64,000 nucleotides of DNA from an uncultured Helicobacter sp. (lineage in GTDB: Bacteria; Campylobacterota; Campylobacteria; Campylobacterales; Helicobacteraceae). The notes under the pieces were generated by a model. That model did no database searches. It was not told where the DNA came from and was given only the letters and a program-made list of their open reading frames with translations. Shown piece after piece: positions 20,776-30,835 of the stretch (position 1 is its first letter; the number at the start of each line of letters is the position of its first letter). The translations under genes were made by a program, and so were the position numbers. The stretch lies in NCBI RefSeq assembly GCF_947367035.1, contig NZ_CANBCA010000008.1, forward strand, positions 6,198-70,197. The letters are read 5' to 3'.

Positions 20776-21951
20776 ATGGAACAAACGCGCAACTATTTTT
20801 GGCTTTTTGCTTTGTTTTGCTTAAGCTGTTGCGCACTTTTGTGGCTATCTAGCACGCTTAGTATCAGCTATGATGAGGCACAGGATTTTTTTAATCCACA
20901 CGATTTTGGGGGATTTGTTAGCTACTTTAGTGTGCGTCTTTTTGGGCAGAATGATTGGGGTTTGCGCCTACCTTTTTTGTTATTGCATCTTTGGAATGCT
21001 TTATTAATGTTTTATTTTGCAAAAGGTTTTTTAAAGCGTCCTAGTGATGCGTTATTTTGTGCATTATTATTTCTCTTGCTTCCGGGGACAAACGCAGCTG
21101 CACTTTTGGTTTCTAATAGCGGAATCATTATTTTTTTGACGCTTGTTTTGTGTGTTTGGGTGCAAAAGAACGGAACGATTCCTTATGTGCTACTTTTTGT
21201 AATGGCATTTGTGGATAAAAGTTTTGCGTTGGTATTTGTTGCATTAATTTTTTATGGAATTGAACGTAAAGAAACTCCTTTGATTTTCTCTTCTCTTGGT
21301 TTATTTGCATTAAATATGTATTTTTTTGGATTAGGGATTGGCGGACACCCAAGCGGATATTTTTTGGATAGTAACGGGCATTTGCTCCTTATTTTTTCTC
21401 CTCTTTTGTTTTTGTATTTTTTATATACAATTTATCGTTACTTTAATCAAAATAAAAGACCCTTAGTTTGGTATATTGCTAGCACTGCTTTGGGGTTTAT
21501 TTGGCTACTTTCTTTACGCCAACGCGTGCAGACAGAATCTTTTGCCCCCTTGCTCATTGTCGCAATCCCTTTAATGGCAAACCTTTATTTTTCTGGATTG
21601 CGTGTGCGTTTGCCACAATTTCGTGTGCGCTATACGATTCCATTTTTAGTAGCTTTTTTGGTTTTGCTTGTTTTGAATGGAATGTTATTTTTATCTAAAC
21701 CGCTTTTTGTGTTTTTTCCTAATGCAAAGGAACATTTCGCTTCTCGGCATTTTGTCGCAAAAGAACTTGCACAAGAGCTGAAATCTCAAGGAATCAAAAG
21801 TGTGAAAACAGAAAATAAAATGCAGAAACGTTTGGAGTTTTATGGAATTGCCAAAGGTGGATTAATGCTTTCAGAAAATCCTAAGCAAAATGCTTTAAGA
21901 ATCCCTATTCGTTACTATGATAAAGTCATCACAACTTTTTATGTCTATTAA
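20776..21951 (+). CDS. polytopic membrane protein, possible GT-C-fold (ArnT/PMT-like) glycosyltransferase
   Basis: 391 aa with more than 8 predicted helices. A YDEA motif lies in the first loop after TM1. Weak family assignment. Confidence 0.4.
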   Translation: MEQTRNYFWLFALFCLSCCALLWLSSTLSISYDEAQDFFNPHDFGGFVSYFSVRLFGQNDWGLRLPFLLLHLWNALLMFYFAKGFLKRPSDALFCALLFLLLPGTNAAALLVSNSGIIIFLTLVLCVWVQKNGTIPYVLLFVMAFVDKSFALVFVALIFYGIERKETPLIFSSLGLFALNMYFFGLGIGGHPSGYFLDSNGHLLLIFSPLLFLYFLYTIYRYFNQNKRPLVWYIASTALGFIWLLSLRQRVQTESFAPLLIVAIPLMANLYFSGLRVRLPQFRVRYTIPFLVAFLVLLVLNGMLFLSKPLFVFFPNAKEHFASRHFVAKELAQELKSQGIKSVKTENKMQKRLEFYGIAKGGLMLSENPKQNALRIPIRYYDKVITTFYVY

Positions 21952-22627
21952 ATGCCTTAAAAAAGCCTTTAGCATATTAGAGGTTTTGCTTGTGATTGGA
22001 ATATTGGGTGCATTGTTGGCGTTGGGTTATGCTTGGTTTCCAGATTCTAAATTATCTCTAGCACAAAATCAAATTATTGCACATCTCAATTACACGCGAT
22101 TTTTAAGTTTAAGTAGTGTGAAACAAATCACACAAAGTGCATTTTGTCAAAGCGATAATTGTGTAGCAGAAAGGGAGCGATGGACAGAATCTTTTTGGAG
22201 ATTGCAATTCTCTAAACTTCAAGATATTGGTTATGCGTATTATATTTATAGTGATTCTGCACGTTCTGCTAGCACAAAGCATTTTGATGACCGCCCTAGA
22301 GATGCGCAAGAAATTGCACGCGACCCTTTAGATGGTAAATATCTAAATAGCTATAATTATGATAATTCTAAGTTTGCTAACGCTTTAAGAGCAGGGGATT
22401 TGGCAATTACTAAACGTTATGGAATCGTATCTGTTTCTATGAGTGGGGGTTGTGGAGAGAGTGAGGGCGGAAGAATCTTATTTAATGAGTTAGGATTCTT
22501 ACGTTGCAAAAGACCTTATGAGCAAGTGATTGTTCCTAATGGAATGGTGCGTTTAGAACTGCAAGGTAGCAGTGGGAAAAGTGTTGGAATTTGTGTTTTA
22601 GAAAGTGGAATCGTTAAAAAATGCTGA
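21941..22627 (+). CDS. prepilin-type N-terminal cleavage/methylation-domain protein (pseudopilin-like)
   Basis: The N-terminus MSIKCLKKAFSILEVLLVIGILGALLAL fits a class III signal peptide (FSxLE). I take the second ATG (21941) as the start. Confidence 0.5.
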   Translation: MSIKCLKKAFSILEVLLVIGILGALLALGYAWFPDSKLSLAQNQIIAHLNYTRFLSLSSVKQITQSAFCQSDNCVAERERWTESFWRLQFSKLQDIGYAYYIYSDSARSASTKHFDDRPRDAQEIARDPLDGKYLNSYNYDNSKFANALRAGDLAITKRYGIVSVSMSGGCGESEGGRILFNELGFLRCKRPYEQVIVPNGMVRLELQGSSGKSVGICVLESGIVKKC

Positions 22628-22642
22628 AAATTTTTTCAAATT

Positions 22643-23479
22643 GTGTTACAATTTAAATTATTTTTTAAGGCACATAGCTTGAAAGCCATTGATAAGCAAA
22701 ATCTAGCAAAAAAGCATTTTGGACAAAACTTTTTACAAGACGAGAGTGTGCTAGAGGCGATTATCCAATCCATTCCCAAGATGAACCAAGAAATAGAACG
22801 AATAGAAATTGGGGCTGGCTTAGGTGATCTAACAAATAAGCTATTAAGCTTAGGTCATATCACTGCTTATGAGGTTGATGAGGATTTGATTCCTCATTTA
22901 AAAAAACGTTTTCAAGTGGCACTAGATTGTGGGCAATTGTGCCTTGAGGCAAGCGATGTGCTAGAAAGTTGGAGGGGAATTAGTTTGCGAGAAAAATCTT
23001 ATTTTCTCATTTCTAATTTGCCTTACTATATCGCGACTTTACTAGTGCTAAAAGCTATCAAGGACCCGCTATCTAAAGGTTGTGTCGTGATGACACAAAA
23101 AGAAGTTGCGCAGAAATTTTGCGCACAATGTGGAGAAAGTGATTTTAGCGCATTAAGCATACTAACACAAAGTGTGGGAGAGGCAACGTTGCTTTTTGAT
23201 GTGCCACCTAGCGCCTTTGTGCCACCACCTAAAGTTACTTCTTCGGTGTTTTTGCTTCAAAAGGTAGCAAATCCGCCAAGTTTTAAGGATTTAGAACATT
23301 TAGAATCTCTCTTAAAAGTCGCCTTTAGTGCGCCTAGAAAAACGATTCTAAATAATCTAAGCAAAAACTATCCAAAACAAGTGATTATAGATGCTTTAGA
23401 ATCCTTAGCAATCGCCCCTAGTAAACGACCTCACGAGATTGATACGCCAAATTATCACCGACTTTTGAAAATTTTATAA
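22643..23479 (+). CDS. rsmA: 16S rRNA (adenine1518/1519-N6)-dimethyltransferase
   Basis: KsgA motifs KKHFGQNFL, EIGAGLGDLT and SNLPYYI. The real start may be the TTG at 22679. Confidence 0.85.
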   Translation: MLQFKLFFKAHSLKAIDKQNLAKKHFGQNFLQDESVLEAIIQSIPKMNQEIERIEIGAGLGDLTNKLLSLGHITAYEVDEDLIPHLKKRFQVALDCGQLCLEASDVLESWRGISLREKSYFLISNLPYYIATLLVLKAIKDPLSKGCVVMTQKEVAQKFCAQCGESDFSALSILTQSVGEATLLFDVPPSAFVPPPKVTSSVFLLQKVANPPSFKDLEHLESLLKVAFSAPRKTILNNLSKNYPKQVIIDALESLAIAPSKRPHEIDTPNYHRLLKIL

Positions 23480-23491
23480 AAGGCGGAAGTT

Positions 23492-25555
23492 ATGGAAGAC
23501 AATAAAACAAATGAAAATCCAAATCGGATAGAAAATACAAAAAGAAATCAAGAAAATCATCAAACAAACAGGAGAGAAAAAGGAGAAGCTAGAGAGAATC
23601 GTGAGCCAAATAAACACCGATTTAGAGCTAGAAAAACAGAGGAGACAGGTGAGATAGAAAAGCCAAGAAACTCAAGAGTGCAGAATCGCAATCGCTATAA
23701 TCCACGTTTTAAGAAGCAAGAGAATGGACAAAATAATTCAAATGGTGAAGCAAGAGAAAATCACACAAGACATAATAAAAACTATGGTAACAAAGAAATC
23801 AATGAGTCTAATTTGGAGTTACGCAAAGCAGTAGAACTCAATGCAAAAATCCACGAAAGCGCCCTTACATTACACTCTCAAGTTGAGGTGAATCCAAATG
23901 GCAAAGTGCGTATTACTCCTTTGGGTGGTTTAGGAGAGATTGGTGGCAATATGACTGTGATTGAAACGCAAAATTCTGCAATCCTCATTGATGCAGGAAT
24001 GAGCTTTCCAGACGATAGTCTGCACGGAGTGGATATTTTAGTGCCGGATTTTAGCTATCTTGAGGTGATTAAAGACAAGATTGTAGGGATTATCATTACC
24101 CACGCGCACGAAGACCATATCGGCGCAATGCCCTATCTTTTTAAAAAATACCAATTCCCAATTTATGGCACATCTTTGCCTTTAGGGTTAATTGGCTCTA
24201 AGTTTGATGAACACGGATTAAAAAGATTTCGCTCTTTATTTCGCGCAGTAGAGAAACGCAAGCCCATTCAAATAGGGGAATTTGAGATTGAATGGATACA
24301 TATCACACATTCTATCGTAGATTCTAGCGCATTGGCAATTAAAACAGAAGCGGGATTGATTTTTCACACAGGGGATTTTAAGATTGATCATACGCCTATT
24401 GATGGTTTTCCAACAGACTTAAACAGAATCGCATATTATGGTGAGCAAGGAGTGCTGCTACTGCTTAGTGATTCTACTAATTCACATAAAAATGGTTATA
24501 CTCCAAGTGAGGCGAGTGTGGGACCTGCGTTTGATTTGCTTTTCTCTCGCGCAAAAGGACGCGTGATTATGAGTACCTTTAGCTCTAATATCCATCGTGT
24601 TTATCAAGCAATTAATCACGGGCTTAAATATGGCAGAAAAGTTGCTGTTATTGGGCGTTCAATGGAAAAAAATTTGGAGATTGCAAGGACTTTGGGTTAT
24701 ATTGATTTACCACAGAATATTTTCATAGAAGCACACGAAGTAGCAAAGTATGCCGATGAAGAAGTGTTGATTGTAACCACAGGTTCGCAAGGTGAGACAA
24801 TGAGTGCTTTGTATAGAATGGCAACTGATGAACATCGCCACGTTAAAATCAAACCAAGTGATACAATTATCTTGTCTGCTAAAGCAATTCCGGGCAATGA
24901 AGGTTCAGTGTCTAATATCTTAAATTTCTTAAATAAAGCAGGCGCTAAAGTCTATTATCAAGACTTTAGTGAGATTCACACAAGCGGACACGCAGCACAA
25001 GAGGAGCAAAAGCTTATGTTGCGTCTTGTGAAGCCGAAATTCTTTTTGCCTGTGCATGGGGAATATAATCACATCTTAAAGCACAAAGAAACGGCTATTA
25101 GTTGCGGGGTAGATGAACGCAACATTTACTTAATGGAAGATGGAGACCAAATAGAGGTTGCACATAATTATTTGCGTAAAGTGCGAAGTGTTAAAACAGG
25201 AAAAACTTATATTGACAATCAAATCAATTCTACGATTGCCAATGATGTGATTTTGGATAGGCAAAATTTAGCAGAAAATGGAATTCTTATCGTGTATTTA
25301 GAGCTAAATAAAGCCAAAAATTCACTTATTTCCAAACCGCGCATTCAAAGTATGGGGATTATTGCAAATAAGGATACAATGGCATTCAATAAAGAGATTG
25401 AAGAGTTTTGCAATCTTTTTGTAAAAAATTGTAAAAAAGAATTATATAATAGTCAAAAGGGTATGGAGAATGAAATCAGGAATGCGTTGAGAAAAATAAT
25501 GTTTAAAAAACTTAAAAAGTATCCAACGATTTTACCTATCGTGAATTTAAGATAG
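23492..25555 (+). CDS. rnj: ribonuclease J with a ~135-aa basic low-complexity N-terminal extension
   Basis: Metallo-beta-lactamase motif ITHAHEDHIG plus beta-CASP and RNase J C-terminal regions. The N-terminus is rich in N/R/K/E. Confidence 0.9.
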   Translation: MEDNKTNENPNRIENTKRNQENHQTNRREKGEARENREPNKHRFRARKTEETGEIEKPRNSRVQNRNRYNPRFKKQENGQNNSNGEARENHTRHNKNYGNKEINESNLELRKAVELNAKIHESALTLHSQVEVNPNGKVRITPLGGLGEIGGNMTVIETQNSAILIDAGMSFPDDSLHGVDILVPDFSYLEVIKDKIVGIIITHAHEDHIGAMPYLFKKYQFPIYGTSLPLGLIGSKFDEHGLKRFRSLFRAVEKRKPIQIGEFEIEWIHITHSIVDSSALAIKTEAGLIFHTGDFKIDHTPIDGFPTDLNRIAYYGEQGVLLLLSDSTNSHKNGYTPSEASVGPAFDLLFSRAKGRVIMSTFSSNIHRVYQAINHGLKYGRKVAVIGRSMEKNLEIARTLGYIDLPQNIFIEAHEVAKYADEEVLIVTTGSQGETMSALYRMATDEHRHVKIKPSDTIILSAKAIPGNEGSVSNILNFLNKAGAKVYYQDFSEIHTSGHAAQEEQKLMLRLVKPKFFLPVHGEYNHILKHKETAISCGVDERNIYLMEDGDQIEVAHNYLRKVRSVKTGKTYIDNQINSTIANDVILDRQNLAENGILIVYLELNKAKNSLISKPRIQSMGIIANKDTMAFNKEIEEFCNLFVKNCKKELYNSQKGMENEIRNALRKIMFKKLKKYPTILPIVNLR

Positions 25556-25565
25556 TGAATTATAA

Positions 25566-25602
25566 AAAGGTTTAGAATTTAGGAAAATAAATCTAAGCCT
25601 TT
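25566..25602. terminator. hairpin between the convergent rnj and tehA-like genes
   Basis: The stem is aaaggtttaga / tctaagccttt (11 bp including one G-U) with a 15-nt loop. Both flanks are T/A-rich. Confidence 0.35.
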
Positions 25603-25617
25603 TTAGAAATAAATTTA

Positions 25618-26679
25618 TTATTCTTCTAAAACACAAATTTGCCTTTGTTTAATTGCAAGTAAAGTGCGAAGAGCTACTATGCAGACCAATATGCTACTTA
25701 ATACAATGCCTAAGATTCCAAAAAATGCGTAAAATAAAGAGCCTCCCAAAGCATAAAGTTCCAATGCACAAAGTGTAAAAGCTGTGGTTGGAAAGGTAAA
25801 AGCCCACCAAGAAAGTGCAAATTTTAGTTGTCTAAAGACTTTTAAAAGACTTATCATTAAAAACATAAAGAATAAGGCAACACTAAAACTTGCACTTGCG
25901 ATTCCATATAAAGTAGAAATATCCGTGAATTTTTCAAACAGAACCAATATATCTAATGCAAAAATGCTAGGAGGGGCAATAAAAATGAACAAAGTGGGTA
26001 AGAATTTTTGTGGTAAGTTTTCTCCAAAAACTAAGCGGATAAGAAGTGTTGCATTAAGTAGAATCCAAAAAAAGCTTCCCATTCCAAAATAAAAGATCAA
26101 AATCTCAAAGGGAATCCACCCGCTTTCGTTTTGTAAATTAAGATTTGCTCCTGCAAGTGGCACGATGAGGTTGCCAACAATAGGGATAAACCAAGCAGGA
26201 TTCGCCATTTTTTGTTGCATTTCATTAATAAACCAAAATCGCACGACATAAAGGCTAAAGATTAGTTGTAAAAATGCCCCGATATAAAATAGAGCAAATG
26301 CAAACCATAGAGGAATCCAAGTTAGGCGTAAAAGTAACATCAAGATAATTAAAAGAGACACGGAAATAGCAGCAAAGAAATTAATGCGCACAGGGTGTTT
26401 TAGTTCTTTTAAAAATGCAGGATAATATAAAAGTATCTTTGCTAAATAAAGTAGAGTAATTCCACAAAAAAGTATAACGCTAAGAATGCTCAACACATTA
26501 GAAAACCATAGTAGGTTTGTTTCTAGTTCAAAAGTTTTTAGTGTTTTGCTTACTACAAGTGCAAGTCCTCCCAAACCCATAATGGCTGCAAAAAACATAA
26601 TAGGAAAATGTAAAAGCCAATTTTCCTTATCTGTCGTTATGTCGGGTTTTTGCGATGTTTCTTGATTTGGAGTTGTCAT
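25618..26679 (-). CDS. TehA/SLAC1 (TDT) family anion/dicarboxylate transporter
   Basis: 353 aa with ~10 helices. The N-terminal motif FPIMFFAAIMGLGGLAL is typical of TehA/Mae1 proteins. Confidence 0.55.
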   Translation of the reverse strand: MTTPNQETSQKPDITTDKENWLLHFPIMFFAAIMGLGGLALVVSKTLKTFELETNLLWFSNVLSILSVILFCGITLLYLAKILLYYPAFLKELKHPVRINFFAAISVSLLIILMLLLRLTWIPLWFAFALFYIGAFLQLIFSLYVVRFWFINEMQQKMANPAWFIPIVGNLIVPLAGANLNLQNESGWIPFEILIFYFGMGSFFWILLNATLLIRLVFGENLPQKFLPTLFIFIAPPSIFALDILVLFEKFTDISTLYGIASASFSVALFFMFLMISLLKVFRQLKFALSWWAFTFPTTAFTLCALELYALGGSLFYAFFGILGIVLSSILVCIVALRTLLAIKQRQICVLEE

Positions 26680-26804
26680 TTTGAGCCTTATTAAATGAAT
26701 GAGAAAGTATATTCTAAAAGCAACAAGGAATAATGTGATAAAGTTACAGAATCTTTGAAGAATTTTGCTCTAATGAATGTAAATAGAGGGTTGCATAAAA
26801 AGTT

Positions 26805-26833
26805 TTGCATTAACCATTTGAAAGTTAATGCAA
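26805..26833 (-). terminator. rho-independent terminator of ansB
   Basis: Perfect 10-bp inverted repeat ttgcattaac/gttaatgcaa with a 9-nt loop. On the minus strand it is followed by AACTTTTTA, just after the ansB stop. Confidence 0.55.
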
Positions 26834-26841
26834 ACTAATTT

Positions 26842-27891
26842 TTAGTAGAGGTCAAAATATTTTTGAATTTCTTTTGGATTGTTTGTTTTTGTCAAAGCTA
26901 ACATCAAAAGAACTCTGGCTTTTTGTGGATTAAGATTGTTTGCACTAATGAATCCTTGTTGAACTTCTTCCTCACTAAGTGGCACTAATCCAGAACCCAC
27001 GCGTGAGCTTTTTGCTACTACAAGCTTTTTTTGTGCTAAAAGTTCAATGAGATAGCTTTTTTGATTTTGATGAATGCTTCCTGCGCCACTTCCTGCAACA
27101 ACTAATCCTTTTGTTCCAGCATTTAAAAATGCTTCTACCGCTACTTTTGAGCCATCATTAGAATAAGTATAAATAATATCTACTCTAGGCAATTCTTTCA
27201 AACCTTTAACATTAAAAGGGGAATCTTTTGTGTGAGGTTTGATGCTAAGAGAATTAAAAAATACCTTTCCATCTACAATATAACCGATTTCTCCACTATT
27301 TAGCGCTTTAAAGGTTTCTACATTTAAAGTATGAGTTTTGCTCACTTCGCGCGCACTATAAATTTTATCATTAATAGCTACCATTACGCCTTTGTTTCTA
27401 GCATTTTTGTCTCCAGCAAGACTCACAGCATTATAGAGATTTTTGGGTCCATCTGCACTAATAGCAGTTGCAGGTCTCATTGCTCCTGTTAAAACAACGG
27501 GTTTATTGCTTTTAACCACAAGATTCAAAAAGTAGGCGGTCTCTTCCATCGTGTCTGTCCCGTGCGTAATAACGATTCCATCTACATTTGAATTTGATAA
27601 AAGAGAATTAACTTTGTTTGCAAGTGTTAGCCAAACTTGGTCGGTCATATTAGAACTATCAATGTTTGCAACTTGTTCGCCACTGATATTTGCAATATTT
27701 TTTAATTCTGGCACGGCATTAATTAACACTTCAATTCCTAAGCTCCCAGCTTTATAGCCTGTGGTTGCAAGGTCGCTTTTTGCTTCTCCAGCAATCGTGC
27801 CACCTGTTGCTAAAATGACAATATTTGGTTTGGCGAATGCCATCATACTTGCTCCTAGCATAAGCAAAACTCCAAAAAACAACTTTCTCAT
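26842..27891 (-). CDS. ansB: periplasmic L-asparaginase II
   Basis: Signal peptide plus the active-site motifs ATGGTIAG and GIVITHGTDTMEETA. Confidence 0.9.
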   Translation of the reverse strand: MRKLFFGVLLMLGASMMAFAKPNIVILATGGTIAGEAKSDLATTGYKAGSLGIEVLINAVPELKNIANISGEQVANIDSSNMTDQVWLTLANKVNSLLSNSNVDGIVITHGTDTMEETAYFLNLVVKSNKPVVLTGAMRPATAISADGPKNLYNAVSLAGDKNARNKGVMVAINDKIYSAREVSKTHTLNVETFKALNSGEIGYIVDGKVFFNSLSIKPHTKDSPFNVKGLKELPRVDIIYTYSNDGSKVAVEAFLNAGTKGLVVAGSGAGSIHQNQKSYLIELLAQKKLVVAKSSRVGSGLVPLSEEEVQQGFISANNLNPQKARVLLMLALTKTNNPKEIQKYFDLY

Positions 27892-28150
27892 TTTTACTCC
27901 TTTTTAGAATTAAAAATTCTTGAGAATTATATCAAAATTATTTTATTATTTGGTTCTAATCTTAAAAGTATTGCAAAAGTGCATCAGTTGGTTTTCATTG
28001 GATTTTCAAAATCTTTAGAGAATCCAAAAGGCGAAGTAGAAGTCATTACAAATAAACTGGGAAAGGAAATTGCTAAAGTGCTTCGCTTTGGTGCGGAATG
28101 TTCCAATACTTTGCACGAAAAATATTAATATTTACGATTTAAGAGCAATT

Positions 28151-30118
28151 TTACATTACTCTTAATTTGGCGATTTCATCTCGTAATCGCGCCGCTTCTT
28201 CAAATTCTAGTTTTTTGGCTGCTTCGTGCATTTGATGGCTTAGTTCTTTGACAAGTTTTTCACGCTCTGTTTTGGGCATTTTCTCTTTTTTAGCTTTTTC
28301 ATAAAGGATTCCTAAATCTTGGTTTTTTAAATCTTCATCAAGTTTTCTTGAAACACTATGTGGCGTGATGTTATGCGCTTTGTTATAGGATTCTTGCTTG
28401 TTTCTGCGATAATCTGTAATCTCCATAGCTTTTTGCATTGAGGGGGTAATTTTGTTGGCAAAAAGCAACACACGTCCATTAACATTTCTAGCCGCACGTC
28501 CCATTGTCTGAATCAAACTTGTCTCACTTCGTAAAAATCCCTCTTTATCTGCGTCTAAAATTGCTACTAAAGAAACTTCTGGCAAATCTAATCCTTCGCG
28601 AAGTAAATTGATTCCGACTAAAATATCAAACTCTCCTGCCCTTAAAGCACGGATAATTTGGTTGCGTTCAATTGCATCAATATCGCTGTGCATATAGCGC
28701 ACCTTTAATCCTAAATCATTGTAATATTTTGTTAGCTCTTCCGCCATTTTTTTGGTAAGTGCAGTTACAAGCACACGCTCGCCTTTGGCAATCACTTCTC
28801 TTGCTCTATCATAGAGAATTTCTACTTGTCTATCTACCTCTAGCACTTCATAAATAGGGTCTAATAATCCCGTGGGTCTAATCAGTTGTTCTGCTATGTG
28901 TGCGCCACTTAAATTGAGCTCTTTTTGTGCAGGGGTTGCAGAAACAAACAAAAAATGTGGGGCTTTATGGATAAATTCCTCGTATTTTAAAGGACGATTG
29001 TCTAGTGCGCTAGGTAAGCGGAATCCATATTCTACTAGCACTTCTTTGCGGCTTCTATCTCCCGCATACATTCCGCCAAATTGAGGCAAACTCACGTGGC
29101 TTTCATCTACAATGAGCAAATAAGGTTTGTTTTTTTGCTCAAAATAATCTAATAGAGAATAAGGTGTTTCTCCGGGCTGTTTGCCTGTTAAGTGTCTCGC
29201 ATAGTTTTCAATGCCTTTGCAAATTCCAGTAGCACTCATCATCTCTAAATCAAACTCTGTCCGAGATTTTAAACGTTCATATTCTACCATTTTACCGAGT
29301 GATTTGAATAAGGTTAGTCGGCTTGCAAGCTCTTCTTCAATGCTTTTAATAGCATTCTTAAGCCTTTCTTCTCCTACGATAAACGGATTGGCTGCGTAAA
29401 GGACGAAAGAATTTAGTTTTTTTAGTAATTTTTTATCCACAGAATCCAAAAGGCTAATAGATTCTAACTCATCACCAAAAAACTCTAAACGCAAAATTTC
29501 TTCCTCACTATAAGCGGGATATATGTCTATCACTTCGCCATTGACGCGAAAATCTCCCCTATCAAAGAAATTGTCATTTCGCTTATATCCCATTTCAACG
29601 AGACGCAGTAAAAGGGATTTTTGATGATATTGTTTGTCTTGTTCAAACTTTTCAATCATTTCTAAATATTCTCGTGGATTTCCTAAGCCATAGTTTGCAG
29701 AAACAGAAGCGACTACAATGCTATCATCATAGGCTAAAAGGGAAGTCGTAGCAGAAAGACGCAGACGCTCTAATTCTTCATTAATGCTAGAATCTTTTTC
29801 AATGAACAAATCTTGACGTGGAATATAAGCTTCTGGTTGATAATAATCAAAATGAGAGATAAAATATTCTACGTGATTTTTAGGAAAGAAACCTTTAAAT
29901 TCGCTATAAAGTTGCGCTGCTAGAGTTTTATTGTGCGTCATAATCAAGGCAGGAATTTGTAGGGATTCTATAATGTGAGCCATAGAAAAGGTTTTGCCAC
30001 TACCTGTTACACCAATGAGTGTTTGATATTGACTGCCTTTGCGTATCAATTCGCTTAGAATTTTAATTGCTTCTGGTTGGTCGCCAGAGGGTTTAAAAGG
30101 AGAGTGTAGTTTGAACAT
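28151..30118 (-). CDS. uvrB: excinuclease ABC subunit B
   Basis: 655 aa with [12 protein letters not shown] and a C-terminal UVR domain ([10 protein letters not shown]). Confidence 0.95.
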   Translation of the reverse strand: MFKLHSPFKPSGDQPEAIKILSELIRKGSQYQTLIGVTGSGKTFSMAHIIESLQIPALIMTHNKTLAAQLYSEFKGFFPKNHVEYFISHFDYYQPEAYIPRQDLFIEKDSSINEELERLRLSATTSLLAYDDSIVVASVSANYGLGNPREYLEMIEKFEQDKQYHQKSLLLRLVEMGYKRNDNFFDRGDFRVNGEVIDIYPAYSEEEILRLEFFGDELESISLLDSVDKKLLKKLNSFVLYAANPFIVGEERLKNAIKSIEEELASRLTLFKSLGKMVEYERLKSRTEFDLEMMSATGICKGIENYARHLTGKQPGETPYSLLDYFEQKNKPYLLIVDESHVSLPQFGGMYAGDRSRKEVLVEYGFRLPSALDNRPLKYEEFIHKAPHFLFVSATPAQKELNLSGAHIAEQLIRPTGLLDPIYEVLEVDRQVEILYDRAREVIAKGERVLVTALTKKMAEELTKYYNDLGLKVRYMHSDIDAIERNQIIRALRAGEFDILVGINLLREGLDLPEVSLVAILDADKEGFLRSETSLIQTMGRAARNVNGRVLLFANKITPSMQKAMEITDYRRNKQESYNKAHNITPHSVSRKLDEDLKNQDLGILYEKAKKEKMPKTEREKLVKELSHQMHEAAKKLEFEEAARLRDEIAKLRVM

Positions 30119-30252
30119 ATTTAAGCCTAAAGCAAAATTAAAAGTGGAATTTTCGCATAAGATTCCTTAGAAATCTTGCGTTTTTGAATGAATTTGCTTA
30201 AAATAATGCTAAAATTAAAAGCTTAATATTTTTAATTTGATAGAGGAAATGA

Positions 30253-30489
30253 TTGATGGAAGAAGCAAAAAATCTCTCAAGCAAACTCTTAGAAAGCATT
30301 GATATGCTAATAGATGAATTGCAAAAACAACGCGATGAAAATCAATCTTTGCGTCAGCAAATCGTGCTATTAAAAGCCGAGAATGAAGCCAAAAATAGTG
30401 AAATTAGTTCGCTTTATGATGAAATTGGCACAAAAGAACGTGAATTAGAAAACGTGCTTAGTAAAATTCAAAATGTTCTTGGTCGCTAA
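30253..30489 (+). CDS. 78-aa coiled-coil protein, ZapB-like (tentative)
   Basis: All-helical heptad sequence similar in size and style to ZapB. Its stop overlaps the start of the next ORF. Confidence 0.35.
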   Translation: MMEEAKNLSSKLLESIDMLIDELQKQRDENQSLRQQIVLLKAENEAKNSEISSLYDEIGTKERELENVLSKIQNVLGR

Positions 30490-30833
30490 TGAGTGATATT
30501 TTTCGCGTCTGCATTATGGGACGCTACTATGATATTCCAACAAGTGAGATTTCGACGGCGACATTAGAAAGTTTAAAGTCTTTAGCAGATGAGTCTAACA
30601 ATATCAATCCTCGCGACCTCTTGCGCACATTTTTAGAATATTCTGAAATTAACAATGTGCTAAAAACTACAATTTTAGAAGCTAATTTAAAAATGAACTC
30701 CAATCCCATAGAGTTTAACAATCCCCAAGAAATAAAAGAGGCGAAAGAAAATATAGAATCTCCAAGCAATAATGGAGAATACACGCAACTATCGCGATGC
30801 AATGATGTTTCAACTCAAGTGAAATCCAATTAA
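30489..30833 (+). CDS. 114-aa hypothetical protein, possibly ZapA-like
   Basis: The N-terminus (VCIMGRYYDIPTSE...LESLKSLADE) loosely resembles ZapA. It is translationally coupled to the preceding ORF (TAATG). Confidence 0.3.
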   Translation: MSDIFRVCIMGRYYDIPTSEISTATLESLKSLADESNNINPRDLLRTFLEYSEINNVLKTTILEANLKMNSNPIEFNNPQEIKEAKENIESPSNNGEYTQLSRCNDVSTQVKSN

Positions 30834-30835
30834 TT

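Noticed and set aside
27979-28131. 50-codon GTG-initiated ORF between ansB and uvrB (…EVEVITNKLGKEIAKVLRFG…)
   Set aside because: It is too short, has no Shine-Dalgarno and no recognisable family. It may be a relic or just noise.
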